A stretch of DNA of 62,983 nt, counting the filler, from Halocafeteria seosinensis (lineage: Eukaryota): assembly GCA_001687465.1 (NCBI GenBank). It is 9 parts of 9 records of this genome, joined end to end, with 100 filler letters (N's around TTAATTAATTAA, not from the genome) between each part and the next. Parts side by side here need not be neighbours in the genome. Positions count along the whole stretch, not along the records: positions 4,627 to 29,561 come from LVLI01000034.1; positions 29,662 to 33,957 come from LVLI01000036.1; positions 34,058 to 37,591 come from LVLI01000038.1; positions 37,692 to 43,755 come from LVLI01000039.1; 5 more parts are not named here. The stretch is one strand, 5' to 3'. Within the stretch, counting starts at the first letter, position 1, and each line of letters starts with the position of its first letter. Shown piece after piece: positions 27,436 through 39,585 of this stretch. Under the pieces are notes generated by a model. It made no database searches and was not told the origin of the DNA. It saw only the letters and a program-made list of their open reading frames with translations. A program made the position numbers and the translations under genes.

Positions 27436-27769
27436 TTAGGATGACCACTATGTAGGTGATCGGATGCGTTATCTTGACCTGCTGCTTTCCTGTGCGCGCC
27501 TAGGAACAAACTCGAAACGATGCTATGGTCTACTGGTGTTTTTACTAGATAGTCTAACGAAGAAAACAAGAAGAATCCAATTGCTCTTAGCTTTGCTATG
27601 AGAAAGCGAATTACTGCGTATTCTGCCATCCCATTTTTCTCGTGACGCTTCCGATTCGCTCCATTATTCCCGCCCATTTATCGGCCATTTCCTGGTTCCC
27701 GACGTACTGAAAAGACCGTCAATTATTTACGCTGAATACATATACGTATACAAGGAATACACTACTTCT

Positions 27770-28804
27770 TACTGCTTGCGTACCTGATGCACGTGTACTA
27801 GATTCATCGCCATCCGGATCATAACTTTATCCAACGATGCAGGTTGCAATACTTGGCTATGAAACTGCGATGGTATTTGCATCTTTCTTAATCGATCTTT
27901 CATTTCTGCCCTATTTTTCCTAACCCCTCCACGGAACGGATCTACGAAAACCTGCAGAAGATCGGAAGAGTTACCTGCTGTGACAAATCGTAGATCTGAG
28001 GAAACTGTAGACGGACGCTTACGGTTCTATACTCATCCATTTGGACACCGACAAGGAAATGCCCAGGTGTGTTAATGCCGTATACAGGCAGACCAATCCT
28101 CGATGCAACCTGTGCAGTTTCTTTGCGATGCAAAAGCTGTAAGAAAAGTCATGCCTGCTCCCACTCTTTTCGCAACTTACGGCAATGTAGATTGCGCACA
28201 GGGTGATTGGAATTCCACTTCCTTTTACCAGCACTTGAGCAATATTGCTATTTGCTGGGTCTAGGTAATTATGTACATCCCCTATCAGACCTAAACCGTG
28301 CTCTCTATCAAAGAGGATTGTGTGCAAGTTCTCCAATGCATGTTCACGTCTATCTTCGGGTAGCCACCGTGCTGTGCATCAAGAACCCCCAACTACCAAC
28401 TGGTAGTAATCCACACTCAACTGCGCTGAGTTCGCTAGGACTACCTTTCACTTACCTGTTGAATTTTCCATTCTTACGCGGCCGAAGCGCTGTTGACTAG
28501 AGGTGGCTTCTGGTCTGACTGTGGGTTGATTAGGGTGAGGTATCTTGTGGTAAGAAAGACTGGTCTGTTGCTCTGAAGTGGAGCTCGTCGCCGCCGCCGC
28601 CGCCGAAGTCTCAGAGCTACTTCCCATATGTAATGACATTTGACGACTCTCCAGCACGTCATCCAGTGGGGCTTTCAGATGTGGACGAAGTCTCAGAAGA
28701 ACCACAGCACCAGAACCGGCTCGTGATGAAGCACTGCTGAACACAGTACGGGGATTATTTCCACGATTCACAGATGTGTCACAAATTTCTATTTCGCTCA
28801 CCAT
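27770..28804 (-). CDS. SirB1/transglutaminase-like core protein (FBXO21-related domain); multi-exon, 3' end approximate
   Basis: GDVHNYLDPANSNIAQVL..GSGIPITLCAIYIAV...RIGLPVYGINTPGHFLV. Confidence 0.75.
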
Positions 28805-29661
28805 AGGGGAAGTACTATTCGTCTGGCCTACTCTGACCGCCTTGAAGGCCCATGGTACTTACAGCCGCATGGTGTTCTCACCATTCGAGACGCATGCATG
28901 GTTGGACACGTTGCGTCACCTACATGCATGTGCACGTAGACTACGCACATCGCCAAATCCGCATGTACTACCACAGTAGCATAAGGGGTATCACACAGCC
29001 CCAATCGTGAAACAATATCGAGGGAAGAGCCATACCACCCCCTATTTCGCCGAAAAATCCGGTTGTATAGCGGTGGACGCCTCAGCCCCAGCCAGTTTCG
29101 TCGGGGCGACTTTTAAATTTGTCGAAAAAGGCGGTCGTAGAGCGGTGGACCGATTTCGGTGGGATGCGGGTTTCGAGGAATGATCCACACTCCTCGATTT
29201 CGTCAAAAAATGCGGTCGTATAGCGCATTTTAAGCCGTCAGGTCCAATCGATAAAAGAGGTGTGTACCGATGGCGGATGGGTTGAAGTTATGAATTACAA
29301 CTTGTGAAGGTGAGGGCTTGGCTGCCAATGGCTGGTTTGAAGGATTGGATTGGGTAGCTTAGTAAAATGGTTGGCTTGTAAAGTGGTGCTGTTTTCCAGA
29401 AAGGACCACACATAACAAACACATTGTAATCCACCACGGAACAACCGAAAACATATCACATCTATTTTTTCATTATTTTATTGATCTATTCATCAAAACA
29501 AGGTATGTATTATGGTGATACAAACCGTGGAACAAGATCGGAGTTAAAGCGTATCCAAGGGNNNNNNNNNNNNNNNNNNNNNNNNNNNNNNNNNNNNNNN
29601 NNNNNTTAATTAATTAANNNNNNNNNNNNNNNNNNNNNNNNNNNNNNNNNNNNNNNNNNNN

Positions 29662-31280
29662 CGGATCTGCTGCGCAAAGCACTTGGAGGTAAGATCCTTT
29701 GCAGGACCCCATTCTCCGTACTTACGGCGAAACTTTGCCATTAGTATACTAAGTCTTCCCTGCGATATATCGGGAGCCATTAAGGACTCGATCATAAAGT
29801 TTAGGTCTTGGGAATACCTTCCCAAGTCCTCATCCGCAACGATGTTGAGGTGCTCCAACCCGTTCAATGCCTCTTCACATCCGGACGCCGCTGTCTCTGA
29901 AACAAACTGGGTAAATGCTCCCACGATTTCGTCAGCTTTATCTGAAACGAACTCTTTGGGGTTAAATTCGGGATACCATGATTTCATGGTATGCAAAGAC
30001 CATGCCAGGAGGGAATTAACATCGAGTGGCACCGAATCCTGTCCGTACACCAGAAGGTACGCAAGGCATATACTCCGATGAGTACAAGGACACTTAGTGA
30101 CGAACGCAAACAATCGATGGGGCCCTTTCAAAACTTTACGAGTGTCATATACTCCAAGAGTATGCATTTTTCGCCCAAACTTGTTTCCTCGCTCATTAGC
30201 AAATAAGGCGCAGTGCCTTTGCGTTCCAATTAGCCCATCATCAGGTTGTTCGCATCTCCAGCCTCTACGGGAATTGCGCCTAGATTTGTATTGCTGAACA
30301 ATTTGCGACAATGTTCTTTCTGCAGAGGTTGATCGTCGAAAGAAAAAGGAGCTATTTGCGTCTCCCTAAGTACTGGCTGGTACCCGCCGGCAGAAATGGG
30401 TAACACGCATCCATAATTGCGTCCCGCGACTTGAGTTCGACTGACGTCTTCATTGGTAGTGAGCTGGTAGCCAGAGAAAAGACTGGTTTTCACACCCGCT
30501 GGCATTGTTTCACGCACGTGCTTCAAGACATCGATAATTTCTCGGAACTTCGGGTTCTCAGGTTCGTGTCCCGCAGCCTCCGCCGCCGCAATGTAAAACA
30601 GAGCCGCGTAAACAAAACGGAACGGTGAGTCTAGCCTGTGCAAAGCTTTGCACACACCAGACAATACGGGATGGGGTGGAAGGCACTGCTCGGCGGCACG
30701 AAACCAGAACTCCTCGTCATTCTGGGCTAGCTCTCTTATTTCATCTGCACAGTGTGGACAAGAATGATTGTGGGAGTTTTCTGTTGTATACTGCACTTCC
30801 CCAGTAACTTGATCAATCGTGAACCGAATCCTCCATGGGCATCCGACCTCAGTGAACCCGGAAAAAATTCGGTCCGCTGGGCTTGGGGGCAATTGCCGAC
30901 GAGGATCACAAAACGCTTCAGAGGAGAGATCTGCATTCTCCTGGCCAAACGGTCCAGGGAGCTTCTCGATGGCATTGTTGATACCAAGGTCGTATTGGAA
31001 CAAGGTTGTTAACTGCTCTACCGAGTCTTCTGTCGCTGTTTCAACCGGGCTCCTATCCAATACACGGGGTATCGTGTTGTTTTCCTCTCCGTCAGAATCG
31101 ACGTCGGAAAATTCTTCACAGAACCACCGTTGTTTTCACTTACTGTAACAAAGGCTTGGTCTGCATCGTCGCTACCGTTGCGTGGTAGTGCTTCGCCTTG
31201 GGTAGCGTATGTGCGTTCAGCCTCCAAGTGTTCCAGTATGGAGTCTTTCGGCATCGTCCTGTGGATTGATACTGGCATTC
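29662..31280 (-). mobile_element. Mutator-like (MULE) transposase, frameshifted and truncated by gap
   Basis: FAR1/WRKY-like GCPWRIRF...HNHSC DNA-binding motif followed by MULE DDE-like segment FVSDKADEIVGAF. Confidence 0.6.
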
Positions 31281-31729
31281 CTGACTGCGTTGGTAGTATC
31301 TCCTTGGATAATACGGGAAACAGATTTTATTTCTGCCTGTATGTCAACATCTAGCACAGATCCGAGTGATTCAGAAGAACTATCGATGTCATATGTAGAA
31401 ATAGCGTCGAGGTATTCCCCGGGTAGATGCTGGATTCCGTTTGCCCCGGCAGAGGTGACACGTGTACATAGCGACCAGGTCCCCTTGCCCATTATGCCCA
31501 ACACTTTCGAACATAATTCGGCTCCTCTGGTCGCAGGGGATCCTATTAATACTTTTCTGGTATCATAGGTTGGATGTCGATCGACCCTCCGAAGCGTGCC
31601 TCCGCGCGACTTTTCCTACGCTTTAGAAAGGCTTCTATAAAGGACGTTTTTATCCTAAAACCGGTTTTCCCTACGGCTATGGGTGGCACTCTCTGTTTGA
31701 GACTTTTACTGCCGAATATAGTCTCAATT

Positions 31730-32719
31730 CTATTGAAGAAGTGGAACAAAGTTTATTTTACAGACCCTCCCATCGCTCCGTGGCGATGATCTGTTCAAAC
31801 TGATTACTATGGGAATATCCAAGGACTCCATCGACGATCGAAAACTTCTGAAGACGCGATCTTCGTGTCCTCTTTTTAAGATGCTGCAACATCGCCGATA
31901 TTCCTCATAGATGCTGCAACATCGCCGATATTCCTCATTGTTGGTTGGATCCGATAATACCTGTTTTATTAAGTCTATTTCCCTTTGGCAGAGTCCTTCA
32001 GGTTCCGGCAGAGGGAAGTCATTATTTCTAGTCGGATTGTCAGCTTCTCTGCTCGTGTTTGTTCCAAAATGGCTGGAAGGACTGACAGCAGTTGAATTTC
32101 TTACATTGGGGAGTCCACACTGCCTTACGTTACATCCTAGGGTTTCATGTAGAGAGAAGTCATTATCTGTAGTAGCGCTACTGTTCGTGGAGGCACTGAC
32201 AGCAGTGGAATTTGTTGGCTTGGGGCGTTTACTCTGCCTTACTGTAGAAGAGAGGGTTTCAGCAAGAGAGAAGCTGTGATTGGTAGTAACGTTTCTGCTG
32301 CCACTGTTCCTGGTAGCTCTGACAGCACTGGAATTTCTTGCATTCGGGCGTCCACACTGCCTTACGTTACATCCTGGGGTCTCAGATAGAGAGGAGTCAT
32401 TATTTGTAGTAGCATTTGTGCCGCTACCGTCCGTGGAGGCACTGTCAGCAGTGGAACTTCTTGCCCTGTGTTCACGCTGCCTTACGGTAGAAGAGAGGGT
32501 TTCAGCAAGGGAGAAGCCGTTATTTATGGTAACGTTTCTGCTGCTAGTGTTCCTGGAAGTACTGGCCACAGTGGAATTTGTTGCCGGAGTGCCGTCTTGC
32601 CTGGGGTGCCTATTGGGCCTACGCTGCCGTACGTTACGTCGTGTCTCTGCTCCTGAGTCTGTTCGAGGGCGTACACGACCACTTATCCCTGGTTCGGGGA
32701 CACATATGCTGCGATGCAC
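31730..32719 (-). CDS. low-complexity Ser/Thr/Asn-rich ORF with about 40-aa internal repeats, within the putative MULE
   Basis: repeated N..FSL.ET....VRQ units; 30-bp tandem duplication at about 31880-31938. Confidence 0.45.
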   Translation of the reverse strand: MHRSICVPEPGISGRVRPRTDSGAETRRNVRQRRPNRHPRQDGTPATNSTVASTSRNTSSRNVTINNGFSLAETLSSTVRQREHRARSSTADSASTDGSGTNATTNNDSSLSETPGCNVRQCGRPNARNSSAVRATRNSGSRNVTTNHSFSLAETLSSTVRQSKRPKPTNSTAVSASTNSSATTDNDFSLHETLGCNVRQCGLPNVRNSTAVSPSSHFGTNTSREADNPTRNNDFPLPEPEGLCQREIDLIKQVLSDPTNNEEYRRCCSIYEEYRRCCSILKRGHEDRVFRSFRSSMESLDIPIVISLNRSSPRSDGRVCKINFVPLLQ

Positions 32720-34057
32720 AGCCCATATTGATCCTGGAACTGTTATACCTGCATTTCAAAGAATGGATCCAATGGTCGCCAGTCTATTTACAAGGATACT
32801 CTGCGGGTCTGTATGTATGAACTCATTCCGTAAAACGAAGGATCTAAGTGCCGCCAAAGCGCCAGTTCCACAGTCCTGGGTCCCTCGTCTCTGACGGTGG
32901 AACTGTCCGCATTGTACGTTCCAGTCGCGTATATTGAACCTTGTGCTGAAAGCCTCGGTGATCTCCGACATTGTTTGTTCATCGCTATGTGTGGGCTCAT
33001 GTGGCAGTGCTAGCAGACAGAAAGCACACTTGTGTCGACGGAGATGTAGCGTTGCACCCGGAGAGCTAGATGCAACAAGATAAAGTTAACTGTCGCATGG
33101 GCCAGTTGTCCTTAAAGGCAGGAGGATTGGTAGTACTAGTCATACCAGGTCCTGCAGCAGGAGCATCGTGTATCGCCGGAGCGATGGCTCGTCGAAAGCG
33201 ATTCACTGGCGCAATGCCGCAAAGGCCTCCACGGAGAGTGCAGCAAACGATCGGCAAACCAAAGGATGGTTGGACCAAACTGAAGCTACAGACGCACCCG
33301 GGCAAGAGCTTGCAGCGAGTAACTACACAAGAGCGATGCTAAACAAACAGGAAAACAAAGGCGGTACTGACTGCTTCTCAAGCAGAGGAAGCAGCCGCCT
33401 GGTTAAACGCACCCCAATGAAAGAACTTATGCAGTAACTGAGGCCGAGAACATTGTAACACTGCGCCTGGGTATGCTGTAAAGACGAACGAAGCGTTCCA
33501 TTCTTCTCCGCCTACAAGGCAAAGAAGGAAACGCTATGCAAAGGATTCGCCGACATGGCAGGAATCCGCAGGATAGGAGTGGAACTGGACAAGTATCTCG
33601 GATCCAAACGCCACTGGAGAGAAAGAGAGAGAGCGAACGAGAGGTGCTCGTAAACCGCTTGGAGCAATACTAACATACAACCACACACAACTTACACCAG
33701 GACAATGTAGTGAATTATGTGGACTAAATCATGGATTTATTCTAATTAGAGTTGAGTTTGCCATTGGACAGTAAGAGTGGAGTCCAATTGAAGCACGATA
33801 CGCCAAGCGAAGTGACTCCTCCTTCAAGACGGCTCTTCAGTGTATAGAGATCTCATGATTCAACCATGTTCCCTCCGCTTTTAGCACACTGTACTCGTAT
33901 GCGCCAGTCCAGTGTTTCAGTCAGGCTTGAGTCTTGCTGCGGGACACTGGGTTCCAGNNNNNNNNNNNNNNNNNNNNNNNNNNNNNNNNNNNNNNNNNNN
34001 NTTAATTAATTAANNNNNNNNNNNNNNNNNNNNNNNNNNNNNNNNNNNNNNNNNNNN

Positions 34058-34205
34058 TAACCAGTGCTGTGTTCCCTCACGGCGCATGTCAGCAAGGCTG
34101 CAGGAACAGCGGGCCCGTCGCTGCTTAACACGGGCGCATACCGCTCCTCGTTAAGAGGATGTGGTCAACTTCCCGGCCGGTGGGCTATCTGTCACATTTG
34201 TGTGT
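34058..34205 (-). mobile_element. second copy of putative retrotransposon 5' end
   Basis: near-identical to 4746-4894. Confidence 0.6.
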
Positions 34206-34722
34206 ATCCGTACGCAGCTAGTATCCACAACACATCTCTGCCTTCGTTCGCTACGCAACGCACTTCTGCCATCAATCCATTGGCTCATCTGTACCGTTCA
34301 CGCTTAATAGTCAGCAGTTACGTCGGTAATGCCAATTGATCGGGAATGGAGGCTGTTAACTTTCGTGTATCCCGTCACTTCGCTCTCTGCGTGTCAATCC
34401 CACCCCAATCATTCCCGAAGCACAACAGACGCCTTACAAATGACCCTCCTTTCTTCCTCTCTCTCTCTCTCTCTCTCTCTCTCGAACGATCTCTGTCCAT
34501 GTGTTTATCGTCTATACAGCCACCCTGGGATGGGCAAGTGGATCTGCGTTCTTCGCAGTCCCTGCTCTCCCTCGATCTCTATTCATGTCTCTATCGTCTA
34601 TATAGCCACCCAGGGCGGGGCAGGTGGTTTTGTGCTCTTCGCAGTCCCTGCATACCGTCTTTTTATCCTGGATATCTTTATAGGTTAAGCTGCATCAGAG
34701 CAAATATATGGTGGGTAGAGGG

Positions 34723-35261
34723 CAGGGTTTGAGATTTGCGGGTATCGGTTACCCGCGGGCGGGTACGGGTACCCGCGGTCTGGCACCCTGCGGGTCGCGG
34801 GCGGGTATGCGGGTAAAGTCCGATGTTGAAGCTTCCCAATTTTAGCCGACTAGAGCCATTAGAACTCTATTTTTCAAGCATTCTCGTAATTTTATGCCTA
34901 TACGGTACCATATACGTGATTTATGCCGTACAACACGGGTATTTGAGGAGTCTCCGAGTCTTGCAACTTTGTAGCTTTTTGCTTCACAAACAGCCACTGG
35001 CTGAACTCCGTTGACTCGTGTGTACTGATCCTGCCATTTAGCGAGATTAAAGGTGTATGATGAAACCAAAACGTTGTATTTAGGGTGTATTTGTGCTGAT
35101 ATGGACTTACACATGGTTAGAATTGCGAAAACACCAAAACTTTCTTCAAATATTCACCATACCCGCATACCCGCAAAGTTTGAGCGCGGGCGGGTGCGGG
35201 TAAGTATACCCGCGAGCTCGTGGTTGCGGGTCGCGGGTATACCCGCGGATTTCAAACCCTG
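34723..35261. mobile_element. hAT-type MITE
   Basis: terminal inverted repeats CAGGGTTTGA.AT / ATTTCAAACCCTG with many subterminal GCGGGTA/TACCCGC motifs; partial related copies at about 43090-43420 (-) and 46610-46700 (+); no clean 8-bp TSD. Confidence 0.75.
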
Positions 35262-35952
35262 CAGGGGAGGCCAATACCTCAGGGAAGCTACGAGTAGCCT
35301 ACACGATGTATTGGCTTCATTGGCTTGTGCATTGGGATGCACAGACGCTAAATGCCTCAGAATGGTCACAGAGAAGTAGTTAGTTATGTATTTTGATGTA
35401 TGTGCTACCGTCGTGTCGTTCTTTAGTCTGATCACGTGGAGAGCTGGCGTGTGGGGCTTATTTGCAAGCCGGATTTTTGAAGCTACATTTGATACGGTAG
35501 GCTAGGAGAGTTCTCAATTGAATATACTCCTGAAATGTGGTAACAAAGCGGGTTCTATGAGGCTTAGTAACCTTGTTTCTGGACCCAACGGACCACATTT
35601 GAATTTTGTAAGTTACGCGCGTTTCTTGACCCAAGCCTTGGACCGTGCTTGGGCCGGGGTCCAAGCAAGCATCGCCCACCCCAAGTTCCAAGGCTTGGCC
35701 CAAGCTTTCTGCTCTCTGGCCACGTGCCAAGTGGCACTGGCACGGTGGCATGCCACGGTTGGCACAACATAGGCCAATTTTAGGGTTGGCACAAGTGCGC
35801 ACTTTTATTCTTCAATATATCTTTCCATAGTGCTTCGTGCATGATTCTACCGATATACACGTGATCTCCTCATCGTATAGAGGCCTGTGCCGCCTCCAAA
35901 CCCCAACATGGATAAGCGATACGTCTTTGGTCGTCCTGGGTAAGCAGGCCCC

Positions 35953-37139
35953 TTGAGACCCCCGGGAACAGAACTACAAAAAGGCCCAAGGATTCAAATT
36001 CGGGTGGTTAAAGCACCGCACTGGACATGGGAATACTTCCATGTTAAGGACGGTGCGACCCGAGATCCAACTACCAAAAGGTTCGAAGTGGTCGTGTGCA
36101 ACTTTTGCGATAATGATGTGATAGCCAGTACGACTTCATACATGCCGACGCACCATAAAACGTGCGAGAAGGTCCACGCTGCGGGCGCTTTGGGTACCAT
36201 CATCAACCAGATAGCGAACAATGGCTCTATGAATCCGAAATCGATGTATCAGGTGTAAAACCCGAAGGCGCTGCTATTGGATCCAAGTGGATTAAGAGGG
36301 AAGAGCCTCCCCGTTTTACTAGGCTTTCGTCTCAGTTCGTAACGACAGCCAAAGCTGCAGAGCAGGTTCATTTTTTGCTGATTCGAGCTTTGATAGCTTG
36401 CAACATTCCATTCAATGTATTACGCAATTCAAGATGGAAAGAGTTTATATCCCGCCTCCGACCTGCATACGCACGAATATCACGTGAAACGATGGACACG
36501 CGAATCTTGCAGACCGAGCACGCCAGAATCTGGCAAGTTATATGGTCAGATATCCGTGAAAGCGATGGAGGATACACCTTGCAGCTTGATGGTTGGAGTG
36601 ACAAAAAACGAAGAAGCTTAAATGGATACAACATCGGCAAGATAGGTGAACACCCCGCGTTTTAAATGTCGTCGATATTTCGGAGTACCACAGCTCCGAA
36701 AGCCTGTCAATGTGACTTCCAATGTCATGCAGAAATGGATGGAAAACATGAGCAAAGTGGTGGCAGTATGACGCCCTTACATACTGGGAACAAATTGATG
36801 AAAGAACCGGCGGTCCTCTACGCGCACTTCCACAGCCAGTCGGCTTCGGCAACGTCACCTTCTTTGAACAGCAGCGGGCCCGACAATGAAGAGGCGTTCA
36901 CTGCCTCCGACGAAGCGGGTGCCGACCAAGCCATTTTACAAACGGAAACGGGTATAGAGATAAACGTTGCGCTCATTCTTGAAGGGATGACTAAGCGTGC
37001 TAAATTTACCCCGGAAGATGTTGTTGACCTAGCCCATCCTCTGGTTATTGGGATTAGCTCCAAAGAGGCAGCGGAGCAGGAAGAAGGAAGGAAAACTACA
37101 GGACGAGTACGATTGGACTGTCGAGGCGCTTTTAGCTAA
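35953..37139 (+). mobile_element. internally deleted hAT transposase with BED zinc finger
   Basis: WEYF...CNFC...THHKTC BED finger; NIPFNVL....WKEFI..LRPAY and TLQLDGWSD motifs; GGCAC/GTGCC-rich subterminal regions at about 35690-35795 and 37225-37312. Confidence 0.8.
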
Positions 37140-37439
37140 AAATTCGAAACAAAAATAGACCAACACTACAAAAATACCGGCGAAAACGCGCCGCATTACA
37201 TACTTTGAGAACATTTTGTAATTTTGGCATGCCACGTTGGCATGCCAAGTGTTTTGGGCGGGCGTGGCACTGCCAGGGTGGCACGGGGAAAAAAAGTTGT
37301 GCCCCACGCCCTACTCTCCTCCCAAACATCCCTTCCGGACGAACCCCGGTCCGGGGCGGGGAAAGGAACCCGCCGACGGAATGGACCGAGTTCACTCAAG
37401 CGAGAGCCCCCAGTGGCTCCCCCGGAAAAGCGTGGCAAA

Positions 37440-37591
37440 AAACACAATTTGAGTACGGGCATGCATTCGCTGTCTTCCAGAACTCTGCGTCCAACCTCCG
37501 ACGCTGAATACTCTTTCCGGTATAGCAGAACAAGCAGGGAATGGGATCAGGAGCTTGACAGCCCCGCTAAGCAACGGCAGATGCGCTAATT
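37440..37591 (-). pseudogene. hAT transposase C-terminal dimerization-domain remnant
   Basis: LPLLSGAVKLLIPFPACSAIPERVFSVGG...RQRM matches the hATC pattern. Confidence 0.6.
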
Positions 37592-37961
37592 NNNNNNNNN
37601 NNNNNNNNNNNNNNNNNNNNNNNNNNNNNNNNNNNTTAATTAATTAANNNNNNNNNNNNNNNNNNNNNNNNNNNNNNNNNNNNNNNNNNNNAACGGCACG
37701 ATAGTGCACCGGTGCCAGCTGCAGCTTGCGATTGGCTTGCGGGTGGAAGGACTGATCAGAGAAGACCTTTTGGAACCCAGCCAGCCACTGTTTTGCTAGT
37801 TCTGGTTGACTGCGTAGGAATGCCAAAGCTTCCCAGTGGACTGTCGACCGTGTGATCGGCATGTCCAGGGTCGAGAGTTCATCTGGGACGTAATGTCCCG
37901 TTCTGATGACTCGTTCACAGTACTGGTGTGTGTTCGACAGCGCAGGCACATTCTGCTGTAA

Positions 37962-39460
37962 GGGCCACCTTTAACGGCCAAAAAGACACTTTTTTGTCCC
38001 CTATTTCCGGCCGGAAAAAAAAAAAAAATGTCCACTTTTTGTCCTTTTTCCACCTTTAACGGCCTTCGTAGGACATATTTTTGGTAAAATCACATGTCTT
38101 TTATTTCTTTCCATTGCAAGATTTCGAAAAAAATGTCATGGAACAAAATATTTTTCCGGGCTGAACTTCACATCTTCGTGTCCCTCTTGGGAGCGTATAA
38201 GGACTCATTTGTAAGTTTAGTCAATGAGACAAAGTCGGCATATGTTGTGGGATGGACAATATATTGGTGTGAGAAAATGGGAAGTTCATATTGTGAGGAT
38301 TTGGGTGTGTATTGGTGAGTGGCGACGTTCAAGTCGGTGGATCTGCGTGGTTGGGACGATGTGTACACTCCCTGTTCGCCATACAAGTGCGAGAGACAGG
38401 AAGAGAGAGAGAGAGAGAAAGGGAGCGATGCGTCTGCGCCGCTTGCGCGATGTGTATATAGTCCCTACACCCAGACAGTCCGGCTAGCGAGAGACTGAGC
38501 CGCTTTGCGCGCAGGCAGGCCCATGTGTATTGTATACTGTATTCCCTAGACAATACAGTACACCAGAAACTAGAAGAGAAGAGACCCATGTGTATGCTGT
38601 ACTCCCTAAGCAATACACCAGAAAGCAGAAGATGAGGAAAGAAAAAAAGACGGAGATGTCTAAGTGTCAAGGTCGTCTGGGCAGATATCATGGTAGGAGT
38701 GACATCTGGGAAATCTATAGCAGAACTAGATCCGCAGTTGGAAGTTGGATTATACTCTCGAATTGGTAGAGGCATGTACAGGACGGCGAACGCCTTGGGC
38801 TTTAAGGTAATCGGTTATTTGACGCCTTCTGTCGCCTATTGGGCGCACCCTCCCCTCTTCCACGTTCTCCTCAGCAGCCTCGCCATTTCCGTTTAGGTAT
38901 ACTAGGGGTTCGTCGTTTTCCTCCCAGTCCTCATCAGTTCTCTGTAAGATGTCACTCGAACGTCCTTCATTCATGTCAATCGCATAATTATGAAGTTTTG
39001 CTGCTACAGCGCACACGAGAGTCCAGCGGCTGTATGCACACCTCAACGGACGCCAAAAGATACCCCATCTTTCCACGAGCAAACCGAACGCACGTTCAAT
39101 GCACTGTCGCATGGCAGAGAGGTGATAATTGAAGCTATCCTTCCACACTTCCAGGCCTCTTCCAGACCAGGGGACCAGCAGTTGTTGACTGTTGATGAAA
39201 GCTTCGTCCCCTATCCGATAGGACTGCTGTCTAAGTTCGCCGCTGTCGAGGAGATGCTTCATTTCGCAGAAATCCCAAGCAAGAACGTCATTAGTTGATC
39301 CCGTGCTAATGTTGCTAAACATTAGAAACCTTAAGTCTGCATCGCAACCAGCTAGGACCACCAGTCCCCGGCAATCATGACGGTTTCTGTAAGCCATTGG
39401 TTCCATTACTTCGTTCGACCTCGGTTTACTGGTTCGACAGACCCATCCGTCTATCGCCAT
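37962..39460 (-). mobile_element. PIF/Harbinger transposon remnant (DDE_Tnp_4 transposase 38750-39460)
   Basis: AIDG, GSTND, IGDEAF and FNYHLSAMRQCIERAFGLL..RW motifs; candidate terminus GGGCCACCTTTAACGGCC at 37962 preceded by TAA. Confidence 0.85.
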
Positions 39461-39585
39461 TGTGCATCCGGTCAGGTTTCCCCTACTAAGGCGTTAAGCC
39501 TTGTCTCGTCTATCTTGCACATTGATTGTCTTGTTTTCAATGAAGGGGCATCCAGGGCCTAAACGGATGAGGCTTTAGTTTCAAA

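Noticed and set aside
37692..37949. ORF fragment running into a gap
   Set aside because: Ambiguous between hAT transposase and retroelement; no motif strong enough to call.
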